Assembly (NCBI GenBank): GCA_051294905.1
Contig: CM119373.1
Span: 870,001-934,000, forward strand
Reading direction: 5' to 3'
From: Botryllus schlosseri
Taxonomy: Eukaryota
DNA length: 64,000 nucleotides
Part shown: piece by piece, positions 49,841 to 62,455 of the stretch
How the letters are laid out: each line of letters begins with the position of its first letter
Numbering within the stretch: position 1 is the first letter of the stretch
Position numbers and translations under genes: made by a program
Notes under the pieces: model-generated
Told to the model about the DNA's origin: nothing
What the model saw: the letters and a program-made list of their open reading frames with translations, nothing else
Databases searched by the model: none

Positions 49841-50058
49841 TAAAACTCACTGTCACGATTCATTAGGCGACAATAGTTACATTTCACTACAAATATGTCC
49901 AGAAATCGGACTAATAAAAACAATTTTGGTCCGTGAATTGGAAACATGCATGTTATTTGTAAGACGAAAATAACCAACTGGGCTCGGTTCAAGCGGCAAG
50001 CTGAAAAACATGCAAATGCAAGAAAGTAATGGAAAGACGGTCGGAGTTACCAAATCAA

Positions 50059-50806
50059 TCAGGTGCTGAATTTCTGTATGTTGATATACTTCGAGCAATT
50101 CCATAGCAGACCGTCATCGCTGAAAATATTTTCCGGAATTTGTGGAACGGGGCAAGTATCGTGAAACCATATCTTGCACATCGAGCGTTCGACCATCGGT
50201 CCCTGATAATTTTTATCCCAAGGCAATTTGCAATGGCAATATACTGCCACCGGTATTGTCGACCTAGGGCCAGAGTGAGTGTCGCGCTCACCCCCTTGTC
50301 GTGTGATGGAGCCTCATTTCATTATTGCCAAACAATAACTGCGAAGCGTACTCTCATTATAACCAACACGTCCCGGGTCCTCTCCAAGACAAAGTAAGAT
50401 AAGCGGCGTATGCCCCACAATGGGAAGAATTGCTCTGCTACTAGACATCTTGGAAAATGATTGATAAAGCTGCTTGAATCGAGACGGCAGAGTTTGGCGA
50501 TTGAATATAATGCAGATGTCCCAATGTAAGCTTTGCGGAAGTACGAATAGTCATGTACATTTACAGTCATAAGACAGAACATCCGAAACTGTTACCCAGA
50601 TGTCCCAATGTAAGCTTTGCGGAAGTACGAATAGTCACATACATTTACAACATTGCAGTCAGAAGACAGAACATTCGAAACAGTTACCCAATGGTTATTG
50701 TTGATGTTCAGTATTTGAACGAATTTCGATTTGGAAGTGTATGACGGCGCGTTTTCAGGAATGTAACAGCTGCTGCTGACTAGACCGTCCACAGTCAGAA
50801 AATCCA
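50059..50806 (-). pseudogene. Ulp1/C48-type protease and PHD finger, the 3' part of the NOF-like gene
   Basis: FVQILNINNNHWVTVS; QSNSSHCGAYA (~50405-50438); VYCHCKLPWD...MCKIWFHDTC. An ~85-bp internal duplication lies at 50514-50690. Confidence 0.8.
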
Positions 50807-53800
50807 CCCAGCAAACACCCGATCTCCCACGGACTAACGGGTACGTCCACAATTGTGCCCAGTCGTCCCACGTCCTACTTTTAGTGACTGAGGACTTGCT
50901 CAGTAAGTCACAAATTGATGTCCAATTATGTAACTCCAAGAGACCCCCAGAGGAAGTAACTTTAAGAGTGCTCCTATGCCAGTCACCAATGACCATTCCA
51001 GTGGATGTCATAATAGTGTGATGCCTGGATGCCACCAACACAGGAGTTGATTTGGATGTCCTTACTGGGAAATCGTTTCTATGAACTCAAATGTGCATTA
51101 TTCTGCAGTGAATGCTGAATAAGTTGTGTTGTATACAGTCATGATACAAGTGAAATCTAGTGGAGTGAAGCCGTGAATGTTGATATGGTGTGACTTTCTC
51201 ATCGCGTGGAACTCACAAGCCCGGCTGTCGATCATTGCGGTCGCACAGTGCTAAAGAGGCTCGATATAATGTGCGATACAGAGACACAGTGGCTTATTTT
51301 ATTGTGACATTACTGGGTCGAAAATGCCCACATCAGGGGCAAATACTCGTAATGCATGTGAAATATTCCGATATCAGAACTTGATAATCGTCATGATGGG
51401 ATTGTGATGACTATTACAATCACGAAACAACGCAGTAAGCAATCCTCTCGGCGATTTCGATAATGGAGTCGAACACGCCTGTTGCTTCAGATTCATCCAA
51501 CCATAAAACGAGAAGCCTGCCTTCTTCTATTTGGCGAGCATCGCGCATGCGCCGCGCGTGTAATTCAATTTGATCACCGTATGTAGCAATGGCGGAGGGA
51601 CGAATTATCACAGTAACGGTTTAGTTCATAATTGGAAACGTTAACAGCGTGGACTGTGAGATGTCTCTATCATGAGTACCGGAAGGGCAGGGAGCTTGGT
51701 ATTTGAGTGCTATATTTAATAAACAGCAATAGTCTCGATCATCATGAACTGCTGATGCGATATAATGAATTCGATTATATGATTATAGCGACACGGCTGT
51801 AATATCACCTACAGACGGAATTGATCGACCCGCTGCTAATCGGTAACTCATGCAAGCCGATAATTCTTGTAGTAGGCTACATTTGATACTATATGATAAT
51901 GTATTGATCATAGAAGTCTGATTTATTGTGCTCTGTTCCATAATGTCTCACAAGCAATAACTTGCCATTTCATGTGCATCCTGTGAAAAGTTTTACAAGG
52001 ATTTCCTAGGACTGCAGAACCCAATCAGCAAACCAGATGCCGCATAAAGTAATGTACCGGTATTTTATAACATATCGGTATATACTGAATTTTGAAATGT
52101 TATGTATAGGCTTATAGAAATGTGGAATGTTCCTTTATGGAATGTGAGATTGCTGAATTTGTGGATGCATGAGGATTGTAGCATCACATTAACATCCATT
52201 TTCGTATTCTTGTGTCCACAACAGTATTTAACCATAACCATCTATAATAGCGTTAATAAAATAATTGAGGCTTTCAGTGAACATGTAAGAATTTTTGGCA
52301 ATATTGGTTTATATTTAGGGTTTTTTAGGAACAACATTATAATAGTTTGTTAGCCCATCTTTAACCTCGCTCTAATCAAAGGATACTCCAACACTAAACC
52401 AATTATAAACTCTATAAACTTAACATGTTCATGGCCTGGTGCAGACGGGTTGTTGGCAATGTTACCGCAATGTTGGCACGGCCTCCGTGCATACTTTTAT
52501 TGCTTGATTATAACTTTCTATATTAGTATATATACACGGAAACATTGCCTACATTGCAGCAGTATCAAAAAAGTAGGCTATGGATGGGCCCTAAGGAAGG
52601 CTGATTGCTCATGGTCATCTTGCCGTCGATAAGAAAACACAACCTTATTATCAATGGATTCTTACTATATATGGATGGGACATATCTGTGTTTGTGTATA
52701 CAAAGTTACTTCATTTCTACCAGGAGACTAGATATTGAACAGGCAATGTTATGTAGTTCTAAACTTCAGAGGAAGGCGCCGCAGTGGTGCATTGTTCATG
52801 GATCAAGATGTTAAATTATGTAAGTTGAAGTTACGAACTATATATGATGATTTATGATATTTCATTAATTAGCAATTTATTACCCTGAAAAAAGTGCCAT
52901 CGATGATGCGGAAATATACAATTGACGGTGGTTCGCAATCGGGCTGCTAAAACGTGCTGGGTGGAACTATAATTTTATTATAAACTGCATTGTTATAGTG
53001 GCACAGAGCGTGTAATTTCAGTAGGCTCTCTTGAAAATAGTCACATACTTGGCTCGAATCATAAGAATTTATACTCGTTCGAGATTTGAGTAACCATACC
53101 AATGTGCTCAGCCCTACTGATTAGTCATTGTAGTGAGTAGAATGTGCAAATGGTCCAGCTTGAACTTCATTGTCTTTTTTTTTACAGGATATTCTAGATT
53201 CCTGGCTTGGCTTCTTGACAAATGGCTTCACTACAAACATAATAATATCTTTGATTATTTAGATCGGCAATGTCTTCAATTGATAGTGTTCAACAACGTC
53301 AAGAACACTGGGCAAAGTATGTCTTGATGACTGGAACCAAAAACGTTCGGAAGAACTACTGCCACATGGAACAAGCGTTGCTGAAAAATCGGTGCTGCGT
53401 CATCCTCAGGAAAAAGTCAAAAGGTATAAAACATTGTATACACTTCATGGAAACCAGAGGCTGTGAAAGTAATCATCTTTTGAACTGAAGTAGATGTAAT
53501 GTTATGGATTTATACACACCTAGAGGTAACAACTTTAAAGTTGCGTTAGATCTACTCGAAATGGAAGTAGATAATGCACTTCTGGAAAGTATACAAATAA
53601 TAAGTTTGAAAAAGTAGATTTGGTCGAGGTGTTGCGTAGGCATTCTTAGCGTTTAATCATAGTTGGTGATCAAAGTACATATTGTTTGCACCGGAGTTTA
53701 AATAGTTGCAACGCCTTGAATTTCTGCTGTACAATTAGCCATTTACCAGGCTTGTAAAATTCACTTCAAAATGAAGTAAAAAGTTCTAAAAGAAGATTTT

Positions 53801-56230
53801 GTGCTCTATTCTATCCCAGGGGTTCTTGAACAGGGCCCGTAGACCCTTTTGTGGTACGATATGCATCGTGGAATTAGACCTATATGCTGTGGTTCTCGTG
53901 CTATGCGCAATTTTATGTGAATTGACTATCTGATTTTAATATAGGTACCATCAGAAATTGTGTTGAAAATAAATTTTGGGCTGCTAGAAATCTAATGAGT
54001 AGCATGAAGTGTGCGATCGCTAAGGCTAAGAAACAATGCTATTACTATGGCTAAAGTTGTTGATATGTTCCAATAATAATCGAAGCCAACATCTAATTCT
54101 GAATTAATTTGACTTTGGTAATGACAGTAGCAACAGCCTACTTATCACGACTATATCAAAACCCGGATTAGGCTACACCGCTCAAATGCTCTGATACTAG
54201 ATCAAAGGTCCACCAACTGAAATAGTATAACCCAGAGTTTGATGATGTCATGATGCATCCTATTGCATCATCTCTATAACTCATTATTTTAACAAATTAT
54301 GCCCAGCACAAAAATAATTTTATTGAAATATTCAAAACTGTGATTTTTTTCGTGTCAAACGTGAATAATACAATAGTAAATTACATCTCGAGATGTTTGT
54401 GGAATGCCTGTCTGCAAGCTCCCGTCAAATAAGGCCTACATGGAAATTATACATTGAATATCCCTATGTTGCTGCGTCGTCAAAAATCCGGAAATTGACC
54501 TGCGACCACATTTAAATTTGAAGCCTCTGCTCTATATGATGTGACAACATTATGAACAAGGAAAAGTTGAAATATCTATCTCGTATGCGAATTCGAAGAA
54601 AATGAATACCGGCTCTACATCATATCGAAGAATGTTTTTTAGATTTAAGATAATTCCTATTTTATGGTACTTTGAGACAATACATTTGTCATTCACACGA
54701 TCGTGCGTAGCTACGTCCTACATGTGCCGTGTTCTGCGATATGACGAATCTATGTTTTTAGGCCTCGCAGTGGTACATAGAATCGGAATTCTAATTCTTG
54801 TTGAATACAATTTATGTACCCTAAAAGATCATCTGTTTCGACTTATCGTTGCTCTATTCAGATTCGTGGCAAGCCCCAGTTGTAGTAGGTGATAAGTTCC
54901 AAATAAAGGTGGTCAAAGTATTCATCGTTAGTACCGTACTAAATAGTATAAATAGCGATTTACAAGACATCAAACTACTTCCAAGTGTCGACATGGTCAA
55001 AATATGGAGACTTGAGGAATGTCGTAGTTGTATGCTTTTAAACAGAGATAAGGAAAGCAATCATGTTCAGTACTCAATTAGAAATATTTGTAGCGTCAGT
55101 AGTCTAGTACAAGTAAGAGTAACGCAATGTATTTCTACTCGGATTCAAGCACTCAAGCAGCGATATACATGGCTTATCAAAACTATTTTAGGTAAAGTAG
55201 AAGTTCTGGAAAGTACTGAAGTATGCACTTGAGGTGTTTCCACAATATAATTTGATTGACGGGTTTCATACTCTGTATCACAACGTCAGAAGCTCCCGTA
55301 CTCGAGTAGACATTGTAGTATCGTCATAAATTATCACTCAGCACAAGTAGAAGTAGCGGATCACAATTAATGCATGAGGGAATAGAAATTGAAGCAGCTC
55401 TGACGCAAATTTCATGTGCTATGTCAGCAGAGTGGCTCTACAAATGATTTGCTGATATTGTTGTATATGTTTCAGGCAAAACAAAGACCAAGAAGAAAAC
55501 TGTTGTTGCAACCAAGTTTATTGCGAATACGCACTCGCGCTCTTAACATGATGCGGTGCAAATGATGCATCGTTTTATAATATGCAATGTAAATTTTACT
55601 TATGATTGCTCCATGCTTTTCCCTGTTTTAGTTGTATTAGCAGTTGTACTTTTTCAAAGTCATGTGACACGTTTATTTCTAATTTCATGATGCACTTCAA
55701 TTGAAATGTTTGTAAGGGTAATATAAAATTGACTTAGAACTTGCTGTTATATGCAAAATCCCACTGACACATTTATTCGTAGTGATTTCCTGATCGATTT
55801 TTCACGTAAGCCTGAACTTTGTTTACCAGTAATAGTTCATAAGTTAATGTTGTACTTGTATTTTGCAATTGTCGTTTTACAGTAACCCAATATAAACAGT
55901 TCGTTAGTTTATATGATGTTGAATTCCATGTAATTGCACCAGGTTAGGAGGGGAGTCCTGATATGGTAATCCTGAGGAATAGAACAGGTGGTAAATGACA
56001 TATCCATAGGGAGTCACGTCGCGTCCACAGTAGGTCTGACGCATCCATAGGGAGTCACGTTCGCAGCAGATCCAATGAGTCCATATGGAGTCGCTTCACG
56101 TCCATAGTAGACCAACTCAGGAAGTGTTTAGGACGCTTCTAGTAGTCGACAAATCCACTCCAGGGAAGTAACACTGGGCGTCCTGCGTCTTTTCCGCAGG
56201 AAGTCAACTGGACATCGGGTGTTTGCTGGG
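50807..56230. mobile_element. CMC/EnSpm-like element, highly degenerate inside
   Basis: 17-bp perfect TIR cccagcaaacacccgat/atcgggtgtttgctggg; 2-bp TSD CA; gtcc/ggac-rich subterminal repeats. Removing it restores the flanking reading frame. Confidence 0.85.
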
Positions 56231-57319
56231 CAAAGACAACCTCCACATACAATGATCGATTATATCGCTGTTAAGCCATAGATCCGATTCTAAAATTCGC
56301 TTGTTACGCGTGCGAATAGTCGTTAAATGAGGAGAGATAGTTCTTTTAGAAACAAAGCGCTGAGAAAGACGGCAACAGTTATGCGATACAACAGATCGAA
56401 CAGAAATACCGGGCTTGTTCTTATCGACGCCGCGTAGTGCTTTTTTTTAGCCTGAAAATACTTTCCGATGTGTCGATTCGGAGGATCATTTCTAAAGGAT
56501 TTTTTCCATACTTCCACTTCTTCTGGGAGGGTATTAATTGATTTTGGCAACTTGCCCTTCATGGGATGATTAGCAAATCTGTTCAAATTACCATGAAATT
56601 CTCGAATCAAGGCGGTGTGCAATTCGTCATAGACCATTGCAACTTGATCCAGTTTCGTCGGCCGTCCAGGCCCGAACGCGTGAGTTCCTGATTGGATTTT
56701 TTCGTGCTACCAGACGTTCGGCAATCGCGCGTTAAATTCTGGTAAGGGCTGGATTTCAAAGATTTAAAAAAGGTGTCATATGCTGCGTAGGTGAGGTTAC
56801 TCCCAAATCGACCCAGATTCCCAGTGAGTAAGCTTGTTATGTACGGAATCCTTGGAAGAAAATTCTTCTTGAAAGAAGCAAACATTTCAGGCATGTAGTA
56901 CCTATTTTTGCCAGCGGGTATTAAAGATTCCACCTCAGCCATAGCCCGTGAAATTACACTTTCCAAAACCCCCACGAAGAGATTGACTCAGTCGACTCAT
57001 CGCCAGCTTAGTCAAACATATCATCGACATTTTCAGTCGAGCAAAATTTGTTATCTTCGCGTGTTATGGCACCGAGAAAAAAATGCAAAGATTTGTCCGC
57101 AGCAGTCTCGTTATTGGTGTTGAATAAGATAGTGAGATGATGTATATGAAGCAAGATGAAGTTCCAATCAGAAGATTAAAGGAGCAATCCAAATATATAC
57201 ATCATCTCCTGACACCTGCATTTATTTTTTGAGCATAAGGTCTTGAAATTTTTCATAATGTGACTTGCACACAATTTGAGAAAATGTTTTTTCAAATCAT
57301 TCCCAGTGGCTGTCCCGGA

Positions 57320-58789
57320 CAGGGCCGTAACTGCCGCACCTCAAACCCCCAAATTGGAGGGGCGAGCTCGAAGGGGCCCCAAAATTATTTCGTGAATTGA
57401 TATGAATTACAGAGTATTTTTTGAAAATTGTTGCAACTTTTTAAAAATTTTTTTGCGCTCCGCGCGATTTTACGTTGTCAAAGTTCTTGATTATTGGTAC
57501 TCTCCCCCTACCCCAAAAATAGATTTAAGATTTATAGGAATGGGCATATCGGCGTTGACCATTACAGCATTACGACATACCGACATATAAAGTTAGGCCA
57601 TGTAACATGCCACTTCAAGAAGTGTGCCAGAACGATCAGCAGCGAGAAAACCTTGGCCGACAAGGACTGGCCTTATGCTGACCGAAAACTTCGTTGTGGA
57701 TACAAAATACATATAGGCGCCTAAATGACTGGCGCCGAATGTTCCTGTCTTGGCAATCTGAACCTCACAAGACAAATACCATCCGGAAGGGGAAAATTAG
57801 AAGAAATACCAATCTGAAATCGTGTGATCTTTTAGTTTAGTACGTTTGGGCGATTTTTTTTTGATATAGCAGACAGGAGGTCACGAAATAACATCATGTA
57901 ACGAAGTCTTACCAACGTGTCCGCCCGCCCGAAGATGATCAATTATCATTTACAGTTTCATAGACACCACATTCAGTCATTGCGGGGGGGGGGGGAGATA
58001 GTACTAAGCCGGAGGACCGGGTTCGATTCCCAGAAGAACTAGTAGAAAGGACTGCGTCTTCAAAAAAAGATCAACATCGAAAAGAACTGTGACATCGGGC
58101 ACTCTAGGCCGAGGTTGATGTTAGAGTAAAGGATTGTGCGTTGTGTGTAACTTGTTCAGATGAAAATTATAACCCAATGATTGTTGTTGTTGTGGATATA
58201 GTACTCAGCACTACCGGTAAATCTGATTACGTGAGCAGAGAGTACGAGAAATTGATAGCAATATATATGCAATTTCCGATCATATTGACCGATTTTATCA
58301 TTAATCATCGAATCATCCCGCAGGATCACTAGATCAGCCTATATGGGACCCATGACTCATGTTTTTTTTTGTGGGGGGGGCGAGGGTCTTGACGAAGTGC
58401 TGTTTCGTTCCTGCCAGCGGGTATAAACCTGGATATGTTTAATTTTTATTGATGGGTCCTACCTTTTCAAACACACCTCACGTAACTCTCCTAGTAAATC
58501 AGATTACGTGAGCAGAGAGAGGATAAAAATTGATAGCGATATATATGCAATTCCGGATCATAATGACATATTCAGTCATGAACTATATAATTTTCTCGCG
58601 CTTCGCGCGTTCAGGCGAGAAAAGTAGAATCACTAAACGGCCCCGCAATGTAGACGACAAGTAGCGGTAAACAGCGTACAGCCGAAGGGGGTCTGGGGGC
58701 GAAGGCCCCCCAGAATTTCGGTTTATCGCAATTTGGGGGGCCCGAGACCAACGTTTTGGGGGGCCTGTCGAAGTGATGTTACGGCCCTG
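57320..58789. mobile_element. Non-autonomous hAT-like element
   Basis: TIR cagggccgtaac/gttacggccctg; 8-bp TSD gtcccgga at 57312-57319 and 58790-58797. Confidence 0.93.
58003..58036 (+). other. tRNA-derived (SINE-head-like) fragment
   Basis: gccggaggaccgggttcgattccc contains a B-box/T-arm, but there is no full cloverleaf. Confidence 0.35.
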
Positions 58790-59678
58790 GTCCCGGATAT
58801 AAGCCTATAGCAGCACTGAAGATAGAAATCAACGGACTCTTCCATGAAATTGTCCAAAATCGAGGTTATCAATACTACGCGTCCATCGCAGATGGAAAGC
58901 AGCGTCAGGGCCACGAAACACGTCCTTTTCGTCACGGCGAAATTGAAAAAGGAGGTTGCTGATCGTGGCTATGTTGTGTCGATTACTCAAAAGAGAGGCA
59001 AGAGCAATTGGAGATTTCCCTTTCACAGGGTGCCTAACAACCAACTCATACATGTAAAATGTTCTTTGACCCGAGTTGCGCAGAATGCTGCCAGTTGCAT
59101 CCAGATATACTATGTCAATTTTTGCAATCCCACGAAAGATTTTCATGGTTTCAAGCGACCAGAACATCAAGTATCGCGGATCTTTGCCTTGGCGTTGCAA
59201 GGTCCCAGCGATCTTTTTGTTCTGGTCACCAGCAACTCATTTTTCACGGATACGTGTCAAGGAATTCCATATGTTGATTTGGTCTGGGACAAGAATTTTA
59301 CGGGCTTCCTGCCTAACCTTACTACAAACCGCTGGCGAGGGTACGGCGTCGCGGTTCCCTGACATCCTCTTTCTTCTGTACGCCGCTAACTCGTCTCTCG
59401 GTCTACTTTGTCTCTCCTATATTACGACTATTAAAGGTCAACTGCATCTTCATGACAACTTTGCGGAATCATGTTCAGAATTTTTTTTCATAACGAAATT
59501 ACCGACTTTCCGTGTTTCAACTCAATCGGAAATTGCCGTAATTTTGACTGAAAGTTCCAATATTGGCATGTTTACAGAAAAAGCAGAATGTGCATTGTGA
59601 CGTCAAGTGAGTGACACATATTATCAACAGCGGTAACAGCGGCTGTTTGTGTTCTCGCAGTTTTTATTCTAGTCAGTT

Positions 59679-60350
59679 ATGGCCGAGGTTTCCATTGGAT
59701 CTGATTTGCCAAGTGATATTGAGACTGAGTCCGAGTACTCGGATGTCGAATGTAAGTATCATTTTTGCACGTACTTACAAAATTACCGTTTAAATGCCGT
59801 ATTGGTTCAGGTGTTGATGCGCTCCATCCCACGTCAGTGGAACCCCTTGCATCTTCATATGATGGGTCATGATCAGCCTAGCTTGCTCAGCGCAAGCCGC
59901 TCGTCGAGACTACATGGAATACAGTTGTATAGTCTGTAGTGTAATAGCTCGTTTCAGTCATGTATCTTGATAAGTTTGTGCTGTAAGGAGGTTCCGAGAG
60001 TTACTGACAGAATTGAAGTGTATCACAGTATTGCCAGGATTCAATTCAGTGTGTCTGGACGTTGACGTGTTGGAGATGTCCTACTATGGATATCAACAGG
60101 AATATGGCCGCAGAATAATAACATCGAGTTCGATGCATGAATGGGATGAATCTCTGATTCGGTTGCCAAATACTTTTCTCGCACTAATACATTTGTTTTC
60201 ACTTTTCAGGAAGTTGAAACATACTGCCCACAGAAATTGTGTTCGCTGGGTATGGGGATTCTGTGGCAAAATCCAGCGGAAAATCCTGCCTGCATGCGTT
60301 GTTACTGCTTCCTGAACAAAATTTACGTTAAATTCTTACACAGGATTCCA
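59679..60350 (+). pseudogene. Kolobok accessory gene similar to the P2X7 C-terminal Cys-rich domain
   Basis: VCCKEVP; CITVLPGFNSVCLDVDVL; HTAHRNCVRWVWGFCGKIQRKILPACVV. Confidence 0.85.
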
Positions 60351-61710
60351 GTTCAGTAACGCCACATTGTGAATGTACAGTTGTATTCCAAATAATAAAC
60401 GCATATAACTCATCGACCAAAATAACTACTGTGTCAGGCAGAAAAGCATATCGGGTTTTATGTCGGGCAATAGCTTCCTCTCTGCTAATTTTGATTATGC
60501 TGCTAGTCAGAGGAGGTGGAACGGTCCCAGCACAATCGCTCAACTTAACAGTTTCTGGTCCAGTTCTGATGAGTGCTTGAACTTCTTCGGCAAGCTCATT
60601 GCAGTAATCTAGAACAGGCATAACAATATGACGAAATCTTTTGATGCAGTCAGATCACCGGCAGTTACCAAATGTTGAATTTTCAAGGATCATGTGAGCC
60701 GCACATTCCCCATCTTTGTACTTCGGGTATTTGACCGCGGTGCTCCTTCTTTTGACAATTTTCGAGCAATTTTCATTCAAATGCAGGATTGCCAACTGCA
60801 TCCTACAAAATATGCATAATTGATGAGGCTAGTAATTATGCCAAAATCTGATATACGGCAGGTTGTTTTGAATAGCCGAGACACTGCAAGGTACCTACCT
60901 GGCTTTTTGACTGAAATATGATTGTAGTGATATAACTTTGGGCAGAAATGATTGAGGAGGGCATTGAATGATTCACTTCCAGCAGTGTTTCCATTCGGCG
61001 ATACATGGCGTATGTCATTTTCCATTCGCGTGGAGTAGAGAACATCGCAAATCCTTTCGTATGCCAATAAATCTGAAAATGGATTGTCATAATGGTAAAC
61101 AACAGAATCAAAGATGCTATTCATTGTAACTTAAATTTAGGCCTATATGTATCATGTATATATGCTGAATGGAGCAGTTTGTTTCTTTTTGATACAGTCA
61201 AGTAGGTTTTTTCATCTTTAAAGGATGTAACGGCATCTACACTACCCATAAATCAAAATCTGGAGTATGAGCAGTTTGTGCAGTCTTGCTTGATTCTCAG
61301 TGTGCTACCTAAACTTGACTCTTGCACGTCCGACTCTGATTGACACATTGGACAATGTTGAAAAATGCTTACCAGCTTATTCCTGTCCACAATCACAAAC
61401 TGGGTCTTGCTATTCTCCAGACATTTCTCTGAATCTGAATGCCTGCAAATCAATATCTTGGTGAAGACTTGGTACGAATATGATTACACTGTTCAAGTAC
61501 TCACTCTGACTCGCCATCTAACTCTGTTGGGTGGAAGCTATCGTCACTTGACAGGGATTGGATATCACTTTCACAGTCTTCATAATCCTCTCCAGCAATA
61601 GGATTTGGACAGCGATGAAAAGACACTTTGGGTACCGAATATCGCGTATTCGAGCAACCATACGCGACACAAGATGTACCTACGTGCCTCATCTTCTTCA
61701 TACCTTCCAT
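60328..61710 (-). pseudogene. Kolobok transposase with N-terminal THAP remnant
   Basis: TSCVAYGCSN...VSFHR; FQHCPMC...IKQDCTNC; SPNGNTAGSESFNALLNHFCPK; QLAILHLNEN; KYPKYKDG. Confidence 0.85.
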
Positions 61711-62455
61711 ATTCACAATCAAATCCAGCATCAAAGTCAATCCCAACACGAATAACTATCTGTTTACCACACTGAGCTATACCAGGACTTCTACTGTGTC
61801 ACTCACATGACGTCATTTCATAGCTGAATGATTTCATATCCGTTTTTCAGCTTTTCGATTTATAATTTAAATTACTTGAAAACTATCATGTAATTTCAAC
61901 TTTTTTTATTTTATTCATATTCCTAACCACATAACGTACGAAATAAGGCAAAGTCATTTTCAAGATGCAGTTGACCTTTAAGTCGCCATGCGAATGTAAC
62001 GCAAGATATGATATAGGGTATTATAAATTCTAGATTCCAGGATCGAGAAATTTATGACGTCATAGACACTAAGATCAAGTTTATATTTAGAATGCATACA
62101 GTAAGCTGTGTTCCCAAAATTAGATACTATGAGGTGTATGTATATATCGTATAATTCACGTGCAGAAAAGTTGTCAAGTCAGGTAGGCTAATGTAGCGTG
62201 TAGTGCGAGACATGCACGGAGCGTATCAAATTTGTCAATTTCTTCTTGTGTAGTAGCCTATTGCTGAGGTTGTTTCCAACCAATACGTCGATAGTCACGT
62301 CGTCGGTAAATGTACGTGGCGGGACCCGGCGTATCGAACAGTATTTTTTCATGTGCAGCATTATTTTAGTGAGAGTTTCGAGCAGGTTCAAAATTTCAAA
62401 CAGTAGCATATATCAAACAAGACAAAATAAATTTTAATGGCATGCGATTAATGAA

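Larger units (their letters stand above)
56231..59430 (-). pseudogene. NOF-FB/Rehavkus-like (Mutator) transposase pseudogene
   Basis: IVYLDATGSI...FYMYELVVRHP...PIALASLLSNRH; LCASHIMK (CxxH, ~57252-57275); EEVEVWKK...GKYFQ; then WLNSDIID. Confidence 0.8.
59435..61977. mobile_element. Kolobok element, both ends present, internally deleted
   Basis: TIR aggtcaactgcatctt/aagatgcagttgacct with TTAA at 59431-59434 and 61978-61981; two convergent genes inside. Confidence 0.92.

Noticed and set aside
58003..58036. tRNA gene
   Set aside because: Only a T-arm/B-box is present, with no acceptor or D stem. Kept as a low-confidence SINE-like fragment.
58844..59600. Two ~170-aa plus-strand ORFs
   Set aside because: They are antisense shadows of the NOF-like gene, and one crosses the Kolobok boundary.
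59679..60350. Host P2X7 receptor gene
   Set aside because: No channel or ectodomain sequence, and it lies inside Kolobok TIRs.
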